Assembly (NCBI GenBank): GCA_963665665.1
Contig: OY762428.1
Coordinates: 1,600,001-1,664,000, forward strand
DNA length: 64,000 nucleotides
From: Candidatus Kapaibacterium sp.
Lineage (GTDB): Bacteria > Bacteroidota > Ignavibacteria > Kapaibacteriales > UBA2268
Direction: 5' to 3'
The notes under the pieces were generated by a model that was given only the letters and a program-made list of their open reading frames with translations, had not been told where the DNA came from and did no database searches. Numbering within the stretch: position 1 is the stretch's first letter; each line of letters begins with the position of its first letter. The position numbers and the translations under genes were made by a program. Below, piece by piece: positions 26,054-36,623 of this stretch.

Positions 26054-27475
26054 TCATTTTAATAATTTCTTTTTCAGAATTTCCTCCAACAATTCAGTAT
26101 CAACATTCCCGTTAAAAGACTGAATAATCAATCCTTTGAAATATGTAAAAGCTTTTCTGTCTCCATCGGACAGCCTTTTGAAAAGTCCGCTTTCAGAATC
26201 TATCAGTGTTTCGATAGTGTTATTTATAATGTTTGGATCGCGAATGATTTTCAGTTTTCTTTGTTCAATTATTTCCTCAATATCTTTATTATTCTTGGAG
26301 AGTTCATTTAGAATAATATTTGCGGATTTGGAAGAAATAATTCCCTGCCGAATATATGTTACAATTTTGGATATTGCTTCCGCCAAACCTTCGGAATATT
26401 TATCAGCTATATCCCGTACTTCATTGATAATAATAGAAGCTGCGGTATTAATATTATCGGCATTGTAATCAATAATAACTGCAATTTTTTCAAATAAACT
26501 ATATAAGGATTTGTCATCTGCAATCACCTTCGCATATTGATATTTCAAACCGAAGTCAAAAATGTACTTTTTCAACCTTATGGATGAAGGGGGAATCACT
26601 CCTTCCTTCAATTTTTCGATATAATCTTCATCACAAATCAGGGGCAGAAAATCAGGTTCATTGAAGAACCTGTAATCATTCTCATCCTCTTTTGTTCTCA
26701 TTAATATCGTTTCTTTTTTCCTTTCATCCCACCTCCTGGTTTCAGATTTCAGAATTTCCCGGCATGATAATATATTTCTCTGCCTTTCAATTTCAAATTT
26801 CAGAGCCTTTTTCACATTCGCGAAACTATTCAGATTCTTTATCTCTACTTTATAGCCGGGTATAACATCAGAATTACAAGAAAGCGAGATATTGACATCA
26901 CATCTTAGTTCTCCTTTTTCCATCCTGCACTTTGATATTTCATTGTTAACCATCAGGTTTTGAAAAGCCTTTAAAAAATCATATATCTCATCCGGCGATT
27001 TACTCGAAGGTAGAGTTACAATCTCCAATAACGGAGAACCGCTTCTGTTAAAATCAATCAATACATTTCCGGAATCATCGTGATAGCTTTTCCCTGAGTC
27101 CTCCTCGATATGAAGCCGTTCAATTTCTATGGATAAAAATTTACCTCCGGATTCAAACTCTAACTCACCTGATCCACAAACTGGCGAATCACCCTGGGTT
27201 ATCTGGTAACCTTTAGGCATATCAGGATAAAAATAATGTTTTCGGGTAAATTCCGAGATTCTGTCTATATGGCATCCTAAAGCAAGCCCTGCCATTATTG
27301 CTTTATCTTTTACTTCATTGTTAAGGGAAGGCATTGCTCCGGGATATCCAAGACAAACCGGGCAAACATGGTTATTTTGTTCAGCATCCCGGACATTCCT
27401 GCAATTACAGAATACTTTCCCGGATGTTTTTGGCTGAACATGAATTTCAAGGCCTACAATTGGTACAAATTTCAT
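26054..27475 (-). CDS. gatB: Asp/Glu-tRNA amidotransferase subunit B
   Basis: GLEIH, RKHYFYPDMPKGYQITQ, HIEEDSGK, DFNRSGSPLLEIVT, LRCDVNIS, EIKNLNSF. Confidence 0.95.
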   Translation of the reverse strand: MKFVPIVGLEIHVQPKTSGKVFCNCRNVRDAEQNNHVCPVCLGYPGAMPSLNNEVKDKAIMAGLALGCHIDRISEFTRKHYFYPDMPKGYQITQGDSPVCGSGELEFESGGKFLSIEIERLHIEEDSGKSYHDDSGNVLIDFNRSGSPLLEIVTLPSSKSPDEIYDFLKAFQNLMVNNEISKCRMEKGELRCDVNISLSCNSDVIPGYKVEIKNLNSFANVKKALKFEIERQRNILSCREILKSETRRWDERKKETILMRTKEDENDYRFFNEPDFLPLICDEDYIEKLKEGVIPPSSIRLKKYIFDFGLKYQYAKVIADDKSLYSLFEKIAVIIDYNADNINTAASIIINEVRDIADKYSEGLAEAISKIVTYIRQGIISSKSANIILNELSKNNKDIEEIIEQRKLKIIRDPNIINNTIETLIDSESGLFKRLSDGDRKAFTYFKGLIIQSFNGNVDTELLEEILKKKLLK

Positions 27476-27490
27476 GAATAGACATTAGAA

Positions 27491-28729
27491 TTATTTTTTA
27501 TTAGGTATTCTTAGCCTGAAAGTTGTACCTGAATCCTTTATACTTACAAAGTCAACTTTACCTTTCAGGTATTTCTCGCCGAACAGTTTCATGGAAAAAG
27601 TACCCATTCCCCTGCCGGGCTTATTTTTCGTAGTGAAATTCTTTTTAAAAACCCTTTCTTTTATACTATCCGGAATCACACAAGCATTCCAAACTGCAAA
27701 TTCCACTTCATCCTGTCCTATATGATAATGGAATTCCACCTTGCCACCCTTTTCAGTTGCTTCTAAAGCATTAAGCAGCATATTAGTCAATATTCTGTTC
27801 AGGAGAAACGGATCGGAATAGAAATATTTACTTTCACAACTTTTCTGGCAAACAAACTCTTTATCCTGAGAGCAGGGCTGAGAATTGACCATCTCTGAAA
27901 GTTCATCTACCAAATTAGTAATCTCAATTGATTCAATCATCAGTTGGTAATTATCTTCAACATGTGCGTTCAGCAATCTCTGTAAATCTATTTCCCTGGA
28001 AAGCCTCATTGATATTTTTTTTATTTTAGATGATAATCTTTCATAATCATCCTTTCCCTTGGAGTCAAGCAAATAAGTACTTGTAACCAGGGAAGTAATA
28101 ATATTATTAATATCATGAAAGAAAACCCTTTCGAGTAATTCTTTCTGTTTCATTTTTGTAATGTCATTGATAAAGAACAGAATAAATTTTTTCCCACCGA
28201 AAGAAACAGGGGATGATTTAATCTGAAAATAATAATCAACCTGAACCCCGTTCTTCTCTGCCGAAATAACACAATCTCTCTCATCTGGCGAATTATCGCC
28301 AAGGGCAGCCATAATTGAAATAGCAGCACCGCATGTACTACATGTGATTGATGTACCACAACCACCTGGCATCTCGTCGGAATAAACACAGTTCAGCGCT
28401 TCCCCCGGCCTGAGTCCAAGAAGCGGGGATGCTTCAGTAATATCAAGAACTTCAAGCAAATGATCATTGACAGCAACAATCTGCCTGTCTTCATTCAGAA
28501 CAGCAAATATCCCCCCGGCACTTTCCAAAAGTTGTGTTATAATACTATTATTGGCAATAAAATCAATCTCCCGATCTATCTCTTTAGCAGTCTTCCTTTT
28601 AGCAGGGGCAAAATATGTTTTAATTGCTGGATTATCCTCTGTCATATTAACTTCCATAGTAATTTTCCGGCTTATTAATTTTTGATAATTAAGAGCAATA
28701 TAAAAATTTCTTTCGAATATTACTAACAA
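27491..28729 (-). CDS. Cytoplasmic sensor histidine kinase with Cys-cluster PAS-like domain
   Basis: FFHDINN H-box; NMLLNALEA; FTTK..GRGMG. True start is probably ATG at 28645. Confidence 0.85.
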   Translation of the reverse strand: MLVIFERNFYIALNYQKLISRKITMEVNMTEDNPAIKTYFAPAKRKTAKEIDREIDFIANNSIITQLLESAGGIFAVLNEDRQIVAVNDHLLEVLDITEASPLLGLRPGEALNCVYSDEMPGGCGTSITCSTCGAAISIMAALGDNSPDERDCVISAEKNGVQVDYYFQIKSSPVSFGGKKFILFFINDITKMKQKELLERVFFHDINNIITSLVTSTYLLDSKGKDDYERLSSKIKKISMRLSREIDLQRLLNAHVEDNYQLMIESIEITNLVDELSEMVNSQPCSQDKEFVCQKSCESKYFYSDPFLLNRILTNMLLNALEATEKGGKVEFHYHIGQDEVEFAVWNACVIPDSIKERVFKKNFTTKNKPGRGMGTFSMKLFGEKYLKGKVDFVSIKDSGTTFRLRIPNKK

Positions 28730-28879
28730 TTAATAATAGTATCAGGTTCTGTTATAATTATTTGAATAGGTCACTTCAGCTTTACTTTTGGAAGCCGATA
28801 CTCATAGTGGAATAAAATATTCTTTGGCACGTTCATTGATAGAAACAGTCTTGATGAAAGAGTATATAAAATAGAAAAC

Positions 28880-30370
28880 ATGAAAACAGAAATAAAAATA
28901 TCCATATTGATCATCAGCTTTTTACTCCCGTCAATAATTTTCGGGCAGACATTTAAGCTTGAAAGGACAGATGTTGATTCCACGCGTTCATCGTTTGTTA
29001 CTGCAACGTACAATTTTGGATTTGACGTAATTGCCGAGGATATAGAGAATTGCAACGGAGCTGCTTTTGAATTACATTTTAACCAGACTGATTATGTTAA
29101 ATTCAACGGTTATGATCTTCGCGGTTTCGGCGAAGATCCCATTCCTATCGTATTCACAGAAGAAGACCCTGCAAATGACATTTCAAAGATTCATGTAGGT
29201 GTCCTGTCAGGTGAAACCCTGGAAGAAAACGGTTTTGATAATCCTAATATTATCCACCTTGAGTTTACAGTTGCACAATCTGCGCCAAACGAGGATGATT
29301 TAACTTTTACCTTTGTCAACCCTCAGGCAGTTGTCAGTTCAGACAGCGGCGTTGGAGAAGTTCTTGATATAGAAACCGAACCGGTAACCTATCAAATACA
29401 TAGCTTCATTGACGTTTGGCCCGGCGATGCTGATAATAATGATTCGGTGAATACAAAAGACATATCACAAATATTACTGTTTCTCGGGATGGGTAGCAAT
29501 ACAAAATTCATGCGCAGCTTTAAACGCCCCAATGCCAGTACGTTATGGACCGGCCAGAGAGTTCTTGGCTGGGACAGCCTGACAGTAACTTATGCAGACT
29601 GCGACGGCAACGGTGATGTTACTATGAGCGATGCACTGGTTGTTTACCTGAATTACGGAAAAGCACACGGCATTCCGATTATTCCTGTTTCGGAAGGTAA
29701 TATTACCGAGAATGCTGATATCATTTATGAACCGGTAGTTGAAAAAACCGAAAACACTGTTTCAATCCCCGTTCAAGTAGGTGAAACTACTTCTTATATT
29801 GCAGCAGGAGCAGTTTTCGATTATTCGTTGATAGGTAATAACTACAACTTGATCGGATTTGAAAGAGGAGATATTTTCAATCCAGGAGAAAGTTATTTCA
29901 CTTATAATATTAATCCTGCCAATAAAACTGCCAGCATTGCTTTTGGCTCATTGGACAAAAATATCACTAACAACTCGGCCGGAATAATTGCTTATGCACT
30001 GTTGGAACCAAACGGAACAACAAGTTCTAAGCCCGCATCCCCGATTATTACCGAACTTAAAGGTATTAACCGAAGCGGAATGGTATTCCCACTTATTGGA
30101 ATAACCGGTGTCGATAAATCATCTGCAAATTCAAAAGATTTTACAATCACTCATCTTGATGAAAATATACATTTGTCACTCACCAATGATCTTCCGGAAA
30201 CAAGTGAACTCGAAATATTTGATTATACAGGTAATAAAATTAGAAATTTCTATTTGCAACCGGAATTATCCGGCAATACAACAATTTATTGTCCTCTGCC
30301 TTCCGGCGTATATTTCGCAATTCTAAGATCTTCCAGAGAAATAAAAAGCTGCCAGTTCATATCCAACTGA
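28880..30370 (+). CDS. T9SS cargo: cohesin-like, dockerin, cohesin-like, CTD
   Basis: VWPGDADNNDSVNTKDISQ and YADCDGNGDVTMSDALVV EF-hand pair; flanking GAAFELHFN and AAGAVFDYS cohesin-like strands; CTD LPSGVYFAIL. Confidence 0.82.
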   Translation: MKTEIKISILIISFLLPSIIFGQTFKLERTDVDSTRSSFVTATYNFGFDVIAEDIENCNGAAFELHFNQTDYVKFNGYDLRGFGEDPIPIVFTEEDPANDISKIHVGVLSGETLEENGFDNPNIIHLEFTVAQSAPNEDDLTFTFVNPQAVVSSDSGVGEVLDIETEPVTYQIHSFIDVWPGDADNNDSVNTKDISQILLFLGMGSNTKFMRSFKRPNASTLWTGQRVLGWDSLTVTYADCDGNGDVTMSDALVVYLNYGKAHGIPIIPVSEGNITENADIIYEPVVEKTENTVSIPVQVGETTSYIAAGAVFDYSLIGNNYNLIGFERGDIFNPGESYFTYNINPANKTASIAFGSLDKNITNNSAGIIAYALLEPNGTTSSKPASPIITELKGINRSGMVFPLIGITGVDKSSANSKDFTITHLDENIHLSLTNDLPETSELEIFDYTGNKIRNFYLQPELSGNTTIYCPLPSGVYFAILRSSREIKSCQFISN

Positions 30371-30509
30371 TCTATCATCATAATTAACATCATAGCTGAT
30401 TCTATATTACAAATTACTATATAGATATAGTAATACTTAACATCGGTGCACCTTGTTGATTAATTAATTATATTTATTCAGCATGTTAGATTGATAGCCG
30501 GAGTTAGAA

Positions 30510-30794
30510 ATGAAATATTTAATCTTAGCAGCATCACTTCTGTTATTGGTTGTTATGAATGAAAATATCAATGGTAAAGGGCAGATTACAATATCATTCA
30601 CCGGGGAAATTGAATTCGAAAGTTCAGAAAACAGTTCGGAATTGAAATTCCAAAATAACAGCATCAATAATATTGGAAATACTCTTCCCTGTATTCCCGC
30701 AATCAGCAGCCCCTGTCCGAAAAACAATATGATTAGTTGTCTGTATCAACAAGATAATTCAATAAAATATTTTAGAAGAAATACACATAAATAA
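30510..30794 (+). CDS. Small hypothetical secreted protein
   Basis: GGAG RBS, signal-like N-terminus MKYLILAASLLLLVV; no recognisable domain. Confidence 0.4.
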   Translation: MKYLILAASLLLLVVMNENINGKGQITISFTGEIEFESSENSSELKFQNNSINNIGNTLPCIPAISSPCPKNNMISCLYQQDNSIKYFRRNTHK

Positions 30795-30886
30795 AAGAGC
30801 CCGCCAAAAAGGAGGACTCCTTCAATAAATCGTTGCTGCATTGTCAATGTTGATAAAAGAAGCAATATTGATGGATATTCACTATA

Positions 30887-31300
30887 TCAGGGATTCAATA
30901 TGCATTCATGTGTAACATTAGCGCCTGCTGCTTTGAACATTGCAGAAGCACCGCAATATTTATCCTGTGATAGCTCAACACACCTTTCCAGGTCGGCCAG
31001 GGAAGCATCAGGGCTTGTCAATTCGTAAATGATATGTACGTTTATGTACATTTTAGGATGTTTCTCCCCTCTTTCACCTTCGATTTTTATCTGAAAATCA
31101 TCAATAGTTTTACGTTTTTTCCTGAGAATACTGACAACATCCATTGCTGAACATGCAGACAGTGACTGAAGCATCACTTCCATAGGGGTGGCAGCTGTGT
31201 TTTCCCCGCCTACTTTATCCACGGTATCGAAAGCCGTTTCGTGGCCGCGTCCGTTATCAGCAACAAACCTCATTTTTCTGTCCAATTTCAGGGTATGCAT
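30887..31300 (-). CDS. OsmC/YhfA family protein
   Basis: PMEVMLQSLSACSAMDVVSIL...SQDKYCG two-Cys signature. Confidence 0.92.
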   Translation of the reverse strand: MHTLKLDRKMRFVADNGRGHETAFDTVDKVGGENTAATPMEVMLQSLSACSAMDVVSILRKKRKTIDDFQIKIEGERGEKHPKMYINVHIIYELTSPDASLADLERCVELSQDKYCGASAMFKAAGANVTHECILNP

Positions 31301-31499
31301 ATTTTTACCTTTCTTTTTTTTAATTATTAATCATTTTAAAAATCATTATTTTTGTTATTCGTTATCATTTGATAATTAACGTTTTGACTTTAAAATTACT
31401 GTATGGTAATATATTTTTAAAACAAACAAATGAAAATTAGATTTTATAAAAATATAAATAATTTCTTTATTATCAAATATTTATTAAACAGGAGAACTA

Positions 31500-32021
31500 A
31501 TGGCTGATTTAGCACCAAAAGTTTCGATAATAATGGGAAGCGATTCTGATCTTCCCGTAATGAGAAAAGCTGCAGAAGTTTGTAAAGAATTCGGCGTTGG
31601 GTATGAAATGCGTGTAATTTCTGCACATAGAAATTCAATAGACTCTATTGAATATGCACAGAATGCAAAGAAGCGCGGTATTAAAGTAATAATTGCCGGG
31701 GCCGGCGGCGCAGCACACCTGCCGGGCGTTCTTGCCGGAAATACTACTCTCCCGGTTATCGGTATTCCTGTACAGTCAAAAGCTTTGAATGGAATGGATT
31801 CACTGCTTTCAATCGTTCAGATGCCTCCCGGGGTTCCGGTTGCTTCAATGGCAATTGACGGCGCAAAGAACGCAGGCCTTTTTGCTATGCAGATAATCGC
31901 GCTTTTCGATCAGGAAGTATCAGATAAATTTGACCAATACAAGATTGATATGCGTGATGCTTCAAGGGCAAAGAATAACAATCCGGAATTCACCCCCATA
32001 TACGATCCTGAAGCAAAATAG
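31500..32021 (+). CDS. purE: N5-carboxyaminoimidazole ribonucleotide mutase
   Basis: IIMGSDSD, SAHR, AGAGGAAHLPG, SIVQMPPGVPV. Confidence 0.97.
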   Translation: MADLAPKVSIIMGSDSDLPVMRKAAEVCKEFGVGYEMRVISAHRNSIDSIEYAQNAKKRGIKVIIAGAGGAAHLPGVLAGNTTLPVIGIPVQSKALNGMDSLLSIVQMPPGVPVASMAIDGAKNAGLFAMQIIALFDQEVSDKFDQYKIDMRDASRAKNNNPEFTPIYDPEAK

Positions 32022-32053
32022 GTTGAATTCCCAATATCGCAGTAATTTCTAAG

Positions 32054-32083
32054 AATACCCCGGAAACTAACCGGGGTATTTTT
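32054..32083. terminator. Intrinsic terminator after purE
   Basis: AATACCCCGG / CCGGGGTATT-TTT. Confidence 0.85.
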
Positions 32084-32221
32084 ATACTATATGATTGCCT
32101 GAATCGGGGAAGACGTGCAATTACCAAGCTCTGCTAAATAGTTATGGCTTCATCATAATCATCCAAAAACTTTTTCCGAAAGTACAGAAACAATTATCAG
32201 CTCGCATATATTTCATGGGAA

Positions 32222-34870
32222 TTAATTCACCGGAAACCAATATGATATTTTTAAGGCAAAACTATTATAGCCCTGCGCGGCAAAACTTTCAAGCAAAGAA
32301 GCAGGTGCAGATGTCCTTGTTTCATTATAATAATCAGACCTGTTTTGCTGCCATACAAGATAGAGGGTGCTCCCCGGCAGCCATTCCCACCTTAAAACAA
32401 AATTGCTCCGAAGTGAAATGTATTCAAAATCTCTGTATCTTAGCGTAAACTCCTTTTCACCGTCTTGCACAGTATATGATCTGTCATCATTCCTTACTAT
32501 CGTCGTTCCGTCAGTTCCGTATTCCCTGCGGACAACAGAACCGGCTGAAGGAAGTTCCCAGAACCTGAAATAATTTCCACTTGTTGCAAAAGGCTCAGCA
32601 TATAGTTCCACTGTAAGATCCGGAGTAAAAGCATAATTTATTCTTACAGGCAGCCTTAGTGTATTTAACTCCGTAAAAGAAAAAATATATCTTTTGCCGA
32701 AAGTTGATTCGCTGCCATTATCCAAAGTATTAATATACTGCCTGGGATTTGTTTCATAAATATATGCCGGTGAGATTGTTACATCCAGCCTGCCGGCCAT
32801 TCGAACCGTTATATCCCCTGATAGGTAAAGAACTTCCTTTCCGGATTCATCCCAATTGTAATATGAATCAAATCCGTAAACATGATTTTGGGAATAGTCA
32901 GTTGAAAATCCGAAATCAACCCCTGTTGCTGCAGCTAATCCAATTATCGGCCCTCCGCGTGTAAGGGCATCATCCTTACCCTGGAATCTGTGCCATCCAT
33001 TCAGGTAGAATGAATTTCTGGAAAGAAATGTAAAATTTGATAGCAGAGTAATTGTATTTGTCAGGTTCACTCCTCCGAAATTCATTTTGTTGTCAGTGTG
33101 CAGGCGTGCATTCCAACTATAAAATATCATTCCCGGAACAGTTTCCCTGTACTGGATATTTGTCCAGTAGTTAATATCATCAGCAGATTGTAGCTGGCCA
33201 ATATCATTAAGTTCAAATTCAGGCGATTCAACCCAGAAACCTGCGCTGCCCAGCCAATGATCGCCGGCATTTTTATTAACTTCAAGCGAGGCAGCATAAC
33301 CGCTTAGTGATGTCCTGTTAGAATCAACAGTTACATGATTGGCATCGGGACGCTGAAAGTAGTGAGCAGGTGACAATTGAGTATTAAGAATAGAATTCTT
33401 TGAGCCTTTCACATGGCTGAAACCGGCAAATCCTACAATATTGTATGCACCGTTATCAAAACGGATATTCCAGTCAAGGCCTCCTGTATATGCATTTCTT
33501 CTTAATATTTCATCAAGATATGACCCTTCTGTCATATCCCGGTGTACTCCTGTCAGCGTTATACCCAAGGTTGAAGCATCCCTGCCAAACTCCTGCTGCA
33601 AGCGCAATACATTATAACTTGCAAGTGGTTCCACCCTTTTTTCTTCAGTTTTTTTATCAATTGAATGGTATAGCTCCGCATACTCCTCAGATGTTAATGA
33701 AGTTAATGCCCCAATAGAAAGCCCGGAAAATGTTCGTCCGGTTATTTTTGCAGCTCCGAGAATTTGTGAATTGTCAGGCCTGTCTATATAATCAGCCTCA
33801 GGAGAGCCTTTCGGGGGGGCGCCAATCCTGCGGGAATAGAAATACCCGGGCCCTCCGCCGGATAAAAGTTGAGCCCCTTCGGTAAAGAATGGCCGCTTTT
33901 CACTGAAAAATGTTTCATAAGCGCTAAGATTAACTTCGGCAGGGTCTGCTTCAACCTGCCCGAAATCAGGATTTATCGTTGCATCAAGTGTGATGTTTGG
34001 CCCAAGCCCCATTTTGAAATCAATACCGGCTCTTCCGTTCAGGGCAGTTTCTTCGGCAAAAGGATCATTTCTGTCAATATTAGGATTTACTACAGCACTC
34101 CCGGCAACATAAGGCATAAGTTCCATTCTTGATGAAGGCTTAATACCTTTTATACCAATAAGCTGCCCCATCCTGGACGACCAGCCGGTTTCGCTTTTCG
34201 GTATCACAATCCAATAATTATCCTCTTTGTATGCCGGAACATACCAGTTCATATTCAGCCCCCATGTCTGAATCTTTGTATCATTAAACCTAAGCTGGGA
34301 AAAAGGTATTTTCATCTCGGCTGTCCAGCCATTATCCGTAATATTGGTTTTCCCGTACCAGACAGGATTGAAGGAGTAATCACGGCTGTACTCGCTATCC
34401 TGTGAGTGATAATAATCAAATCTTACAGCCGATGCCGTTAGGCCGAAAGTATAGGCAGTACGTTTATCATTATAAGTGTCAAGGGAAATAATTATCCGTT
34501 CCGAATTTCCGGATTTGTCTCTTCGCGAAGTAGTATATCGGATATTTTCTTTTTTATCCCTTTTGATATCGACGGCAATAAAAAAATTATTCTCATCATA
34601 AGCAAACATCACTTTGATAGGGAATTCTGTTTTTCCTCCTTCAACCGGGTCTTTTTGCAGGAAATCAGTTACTACACCGGCTTTATTCCAAATTTCCTCA
34701 TCCAAAATACCGTCAATCTCAATCTCACTGTCTTCAATAAAATAAGCTCTGGCTGTTTTATCATCATTTGAATCCGAAGAATACAGATTATGATTTTGCC
34801 CCGCGATTATTAATAATATTACAAACGTGAAATAATTTAATTGCCTTTTTATCCCTGCCCCTGTTCTCAT
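32222..34870 (-). CDS. CBM9-like sugar-binding domain + DUF5916-type outer-membrane protein
   Basis: IEIDGILDEEIW, GWTAEMKIPFSQLRF, LDATINPDFGQVEAD, EKRPFF, C-terminal LKISYWF. Confidence 0.85.
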   Translation of the reverse strand: MRTGAGIKRQLNYFTFVILLIIAGQNHNLYSSDSNDDKTARAYFIEDSEIEIDGILDEEIWNKAGVVTDFLQKDPVEGGKTEFPIKVMFAYDENNFFIAVDIKRDKKENIRYTTSRRDKSGNSERIIISLDTYNDKRTAYTFGLTASAVRFDYYHSQDSEYSRDYSFNPVWYGKTNITDNGWTAEMKIPFSQLRFNDTKIQTWGLNMNWYVPAYKEDNYWIVIPKSETGWSSRMGQLIGIKGIKPSSRMELMPYVAGSAVVNPNIDRNDPFAEETALNGRAGIDFKMGLGPNITLDATINPDFGQVEADPAEVNLSAYETFFSEKRPFFTEGAQLLSGGGPGYFYSRRIGAPPKGSPEADYIDRPDNSQILGAAKITGRTFSGLSIGALTSLTSEEYAELYHSIDKKTEEKRVEPLASYNVLRLQQEFGRDASTLGITLTGVHRDMTEGSYLDEILRRNAYTGGLDWNIRFDNGAYNIVGFAGFSHVKGSKNSILNTQLSPAHYFQRPDANHVTVDSNRTSLSGYAASLEVNKNAGDHWLGSAGFWVESPEFELNDIGQLQSADDINYWTNIQYRETVPGMIFYSWNARLHTDNKMNFGGVNLTNTITLLSNFTFLSRNSFYLNGWHRFQGKDDALTRGGPIIGLAAATGVDFGFSTDYSQNHVYGFDSYYNWDESGKEVLYLSGDITVRMAGRLDVTISPAYIYETNPRQYINTLDNGSESTFGKRYIFSFTELNTLRLPVRINYAFTPDLTVELYAEPFATSGNYFRFWELPSAGSVVRREYGTDGTTIVRNDDRSYTVQDGEKEFTLRYRDFEYISLRSNFVLRWEWLPGSTLYLVWQQNRSDYYNETRTSAPASLLESFAAQGYNSFALKISYWFPVN

Positions 34871-35039
34871 TCTCTCTTCTTACTATTTATCCATCAATCA
34901 ATCCTGCAATATACAAGGATGCTTTTTGTTATCAAAAAGTTACAATGAATATATTGGGCTTTTATTTTGTTCATAAAATATTTTCAGCTATTCAAACGTA
35001 GATAAGTCTAAGATAATTTATTATTTCGGATAGTCTAAT

Positions 35040-35870
35040 ATGAAAGTTTTTTTTAATTTAATACTTGTGTCTATATTTATACCTTCGCTGATTATTGCAA
35101 AGGAAGAACAAAAAAAAACCGATGTTGATTTTAAGATCATTCCGGAGAGAACTTCATACATGCCGGGAGATACGATCAGAACTGCCGTTCCTTTCAATAT
35201 AGAGGAAGAATGGCATATTTATTGGGAAAACCCCGGAGATGCAGGAATACCCAGCAGCATTGAATTTGATTTACCAAAAGGAGTTGAACTCATTTCAACG
35301 GAATGGCCGGCTCCGGCAATACTGAAATACTCGATTTTTGCAAATTTTATATTCGAGAGCAGAGTTACTGTTAGATATAGTTTCCTGATTGGCCGGGACT
35401 ACAAAGGCGGCAACTTTTTAATTAAGGGGAATGGTAAATGGCTTGTTTGCAAGGAAAAATGTATTCCGGGAAAAGGCCGCGATTCAACCATTATTGTAAT
35501 CGGAAAAAACAGCAGTGATAATCCTGATTACCAAAAAGCATTCGATTCCCTGCCATATAAGTTTCCGGAAGATGATGGAATCAATATTGAATTAGATAAT
35601 ATAAAAAATCACGAGTTGGTTCTAACTATATCAAACCCGGAAACAGAAATCAGTAAAGCATACTTCTTTCCCCGGTCAGATGACTTATTTGCCCATGCTG
35701 CCGAACAGATAACTGAAAAACTTGGTTCGAAATATATACACAGGATAAAATTTGAAAAGCATATAAAAAAATACCCTGAATCAATAAGCGGTATATTTGG
35801 ATTTGTAACGGAAAATGGAAAAAGATTGTACTACAATGTTGATGTTAAATACAAACAGGAAAAACAATGA
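35040..35870 (+). CDS. DsbD N-terminal (Ig-like) domain protein, no transmembrane module
   Basis: WHIYWENPGDAG, WPAP, WLVCKEKCIP. Confidence 0.85.
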   Translation: MKVFFNLILVSIFIPSLIIAKEEQKKTDVDFKIIPERTSYMPGDTIRTAVPFNIEEEWHIYWENPGDAGIPSSIEFDLPKGVELISTEWPAPAILKYSIFANFIFESRVTVRYSFLIGRDYKGGNFLIKGNGKWLVCKEKCIPGKGRDSTIIVIGKNSSDNPDYQKAFDSLPYKFPEDDGINIELDNIKNHELVLTISNPETEISKAYFFPRSDDLFAHAAEQITEKLGSKYIHRIKFEKHIKKYPESISGIFGFVTENGKRLYYNVDVKYKQEKQ

Positions 35871-36463
35871 TATTAAAATACTTAGCAACTTTTACAATTG
35901 GTCTGGCAATGATATTTTCAATTGCCATGGCAAGTGAGAAAGAAGATTTTACTTTGAAAGACCACAAGGGCAACAGCCATAACCTGTCTGACTTCAGGGG
36001 AAAATGGGTTGTGCTTGAATGGATAAACTTTGGATGCCCCTTTGTTAAAAAGCACTACGACAGTGACAATATGCAGAGTCTTCAGAAGAAATACACCGGC
36101 AAAGATGTAGTCTGGCTTTCGATTTGTTCATCTGCGCCCGGCAAGCAGGGATACTTCGAAAACCATCGGCTTACTGACATTCTGAAGAAACACAAATTTG
36201 CCGGCACTGCATATCTGATAGACAGCGATGGAAAAGTAGGTAAGCAATTCGGAGCTAAAACCACCCCCCAAATGGTAATAATAAATCCTGAAGGAGAAGT
36301 TGTTTATAACGGAGCTATTGATGATACTCCTTCAACTGACCAGGACGATATTAAAGATTCAAAGAATTATGTAAGCCATGTACTTGATGAAGTAATGTCA
36401 GGCAAAAAGGCACCGCTGGATTATACCAAGCCCTACGGGTGCTCTGTAAAATATTCTGATTAG
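35867..36463 (+). CDS. Periplasmic thioredoxin/AhpC-TSA family protein
   Basis: VVLEWINFGCPFVKKHY, YNGAIDD, PYGCSVKY; 4-nt overlap with the upstream gene. Confidence 0.9.
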   Translation: MILKYLATFTIGLAMIFSIAMASEKEDFTLKDHKGNSHNLSDFRGKWVVLEWINFGCPFVKKHYDSDNMQSLQKKYTGKDVVWLSICSSAPGKQGYFENHRLTDILKKHKFAGTAYLIDSDGKVGKQFGAKTTPQMVIINPEGEVVYNGAIDDTPSTDQDDIKDSKNYVSHVLDEVMSGKKAPLDYTKPYGCSVKYSD

Positions 36464-36488
36464 AATTATTACCTGACAGGCTTTTTTC

Positions 36489-36597
36489 TTCTCCTTCCCA
36501 AGCCCCGCCTGGGAAGGAGTTCCTATATCCCCCGCCGGCCCCGACAAATTCCGGAAAAATTCCCCTCGTTGAGGGGTGGCCGAAGGGCGGGGTAGTT
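36489..36597. repeat. GC-rich palindromic repeats (CCCCTC-n-GAGGGG type)
   Basis: CTCCTTCCCA...TGGGAAGGAG and TCCCCTCGTTGAGGGG...GGGGTAGTT; related copies at 38036-38068, 38378-38482 and 38588-38697. Confidence 0.6.
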
Positions 36598-36623
36598 TTA
36601 TTTCTTTCAGATGCTATATCTCT

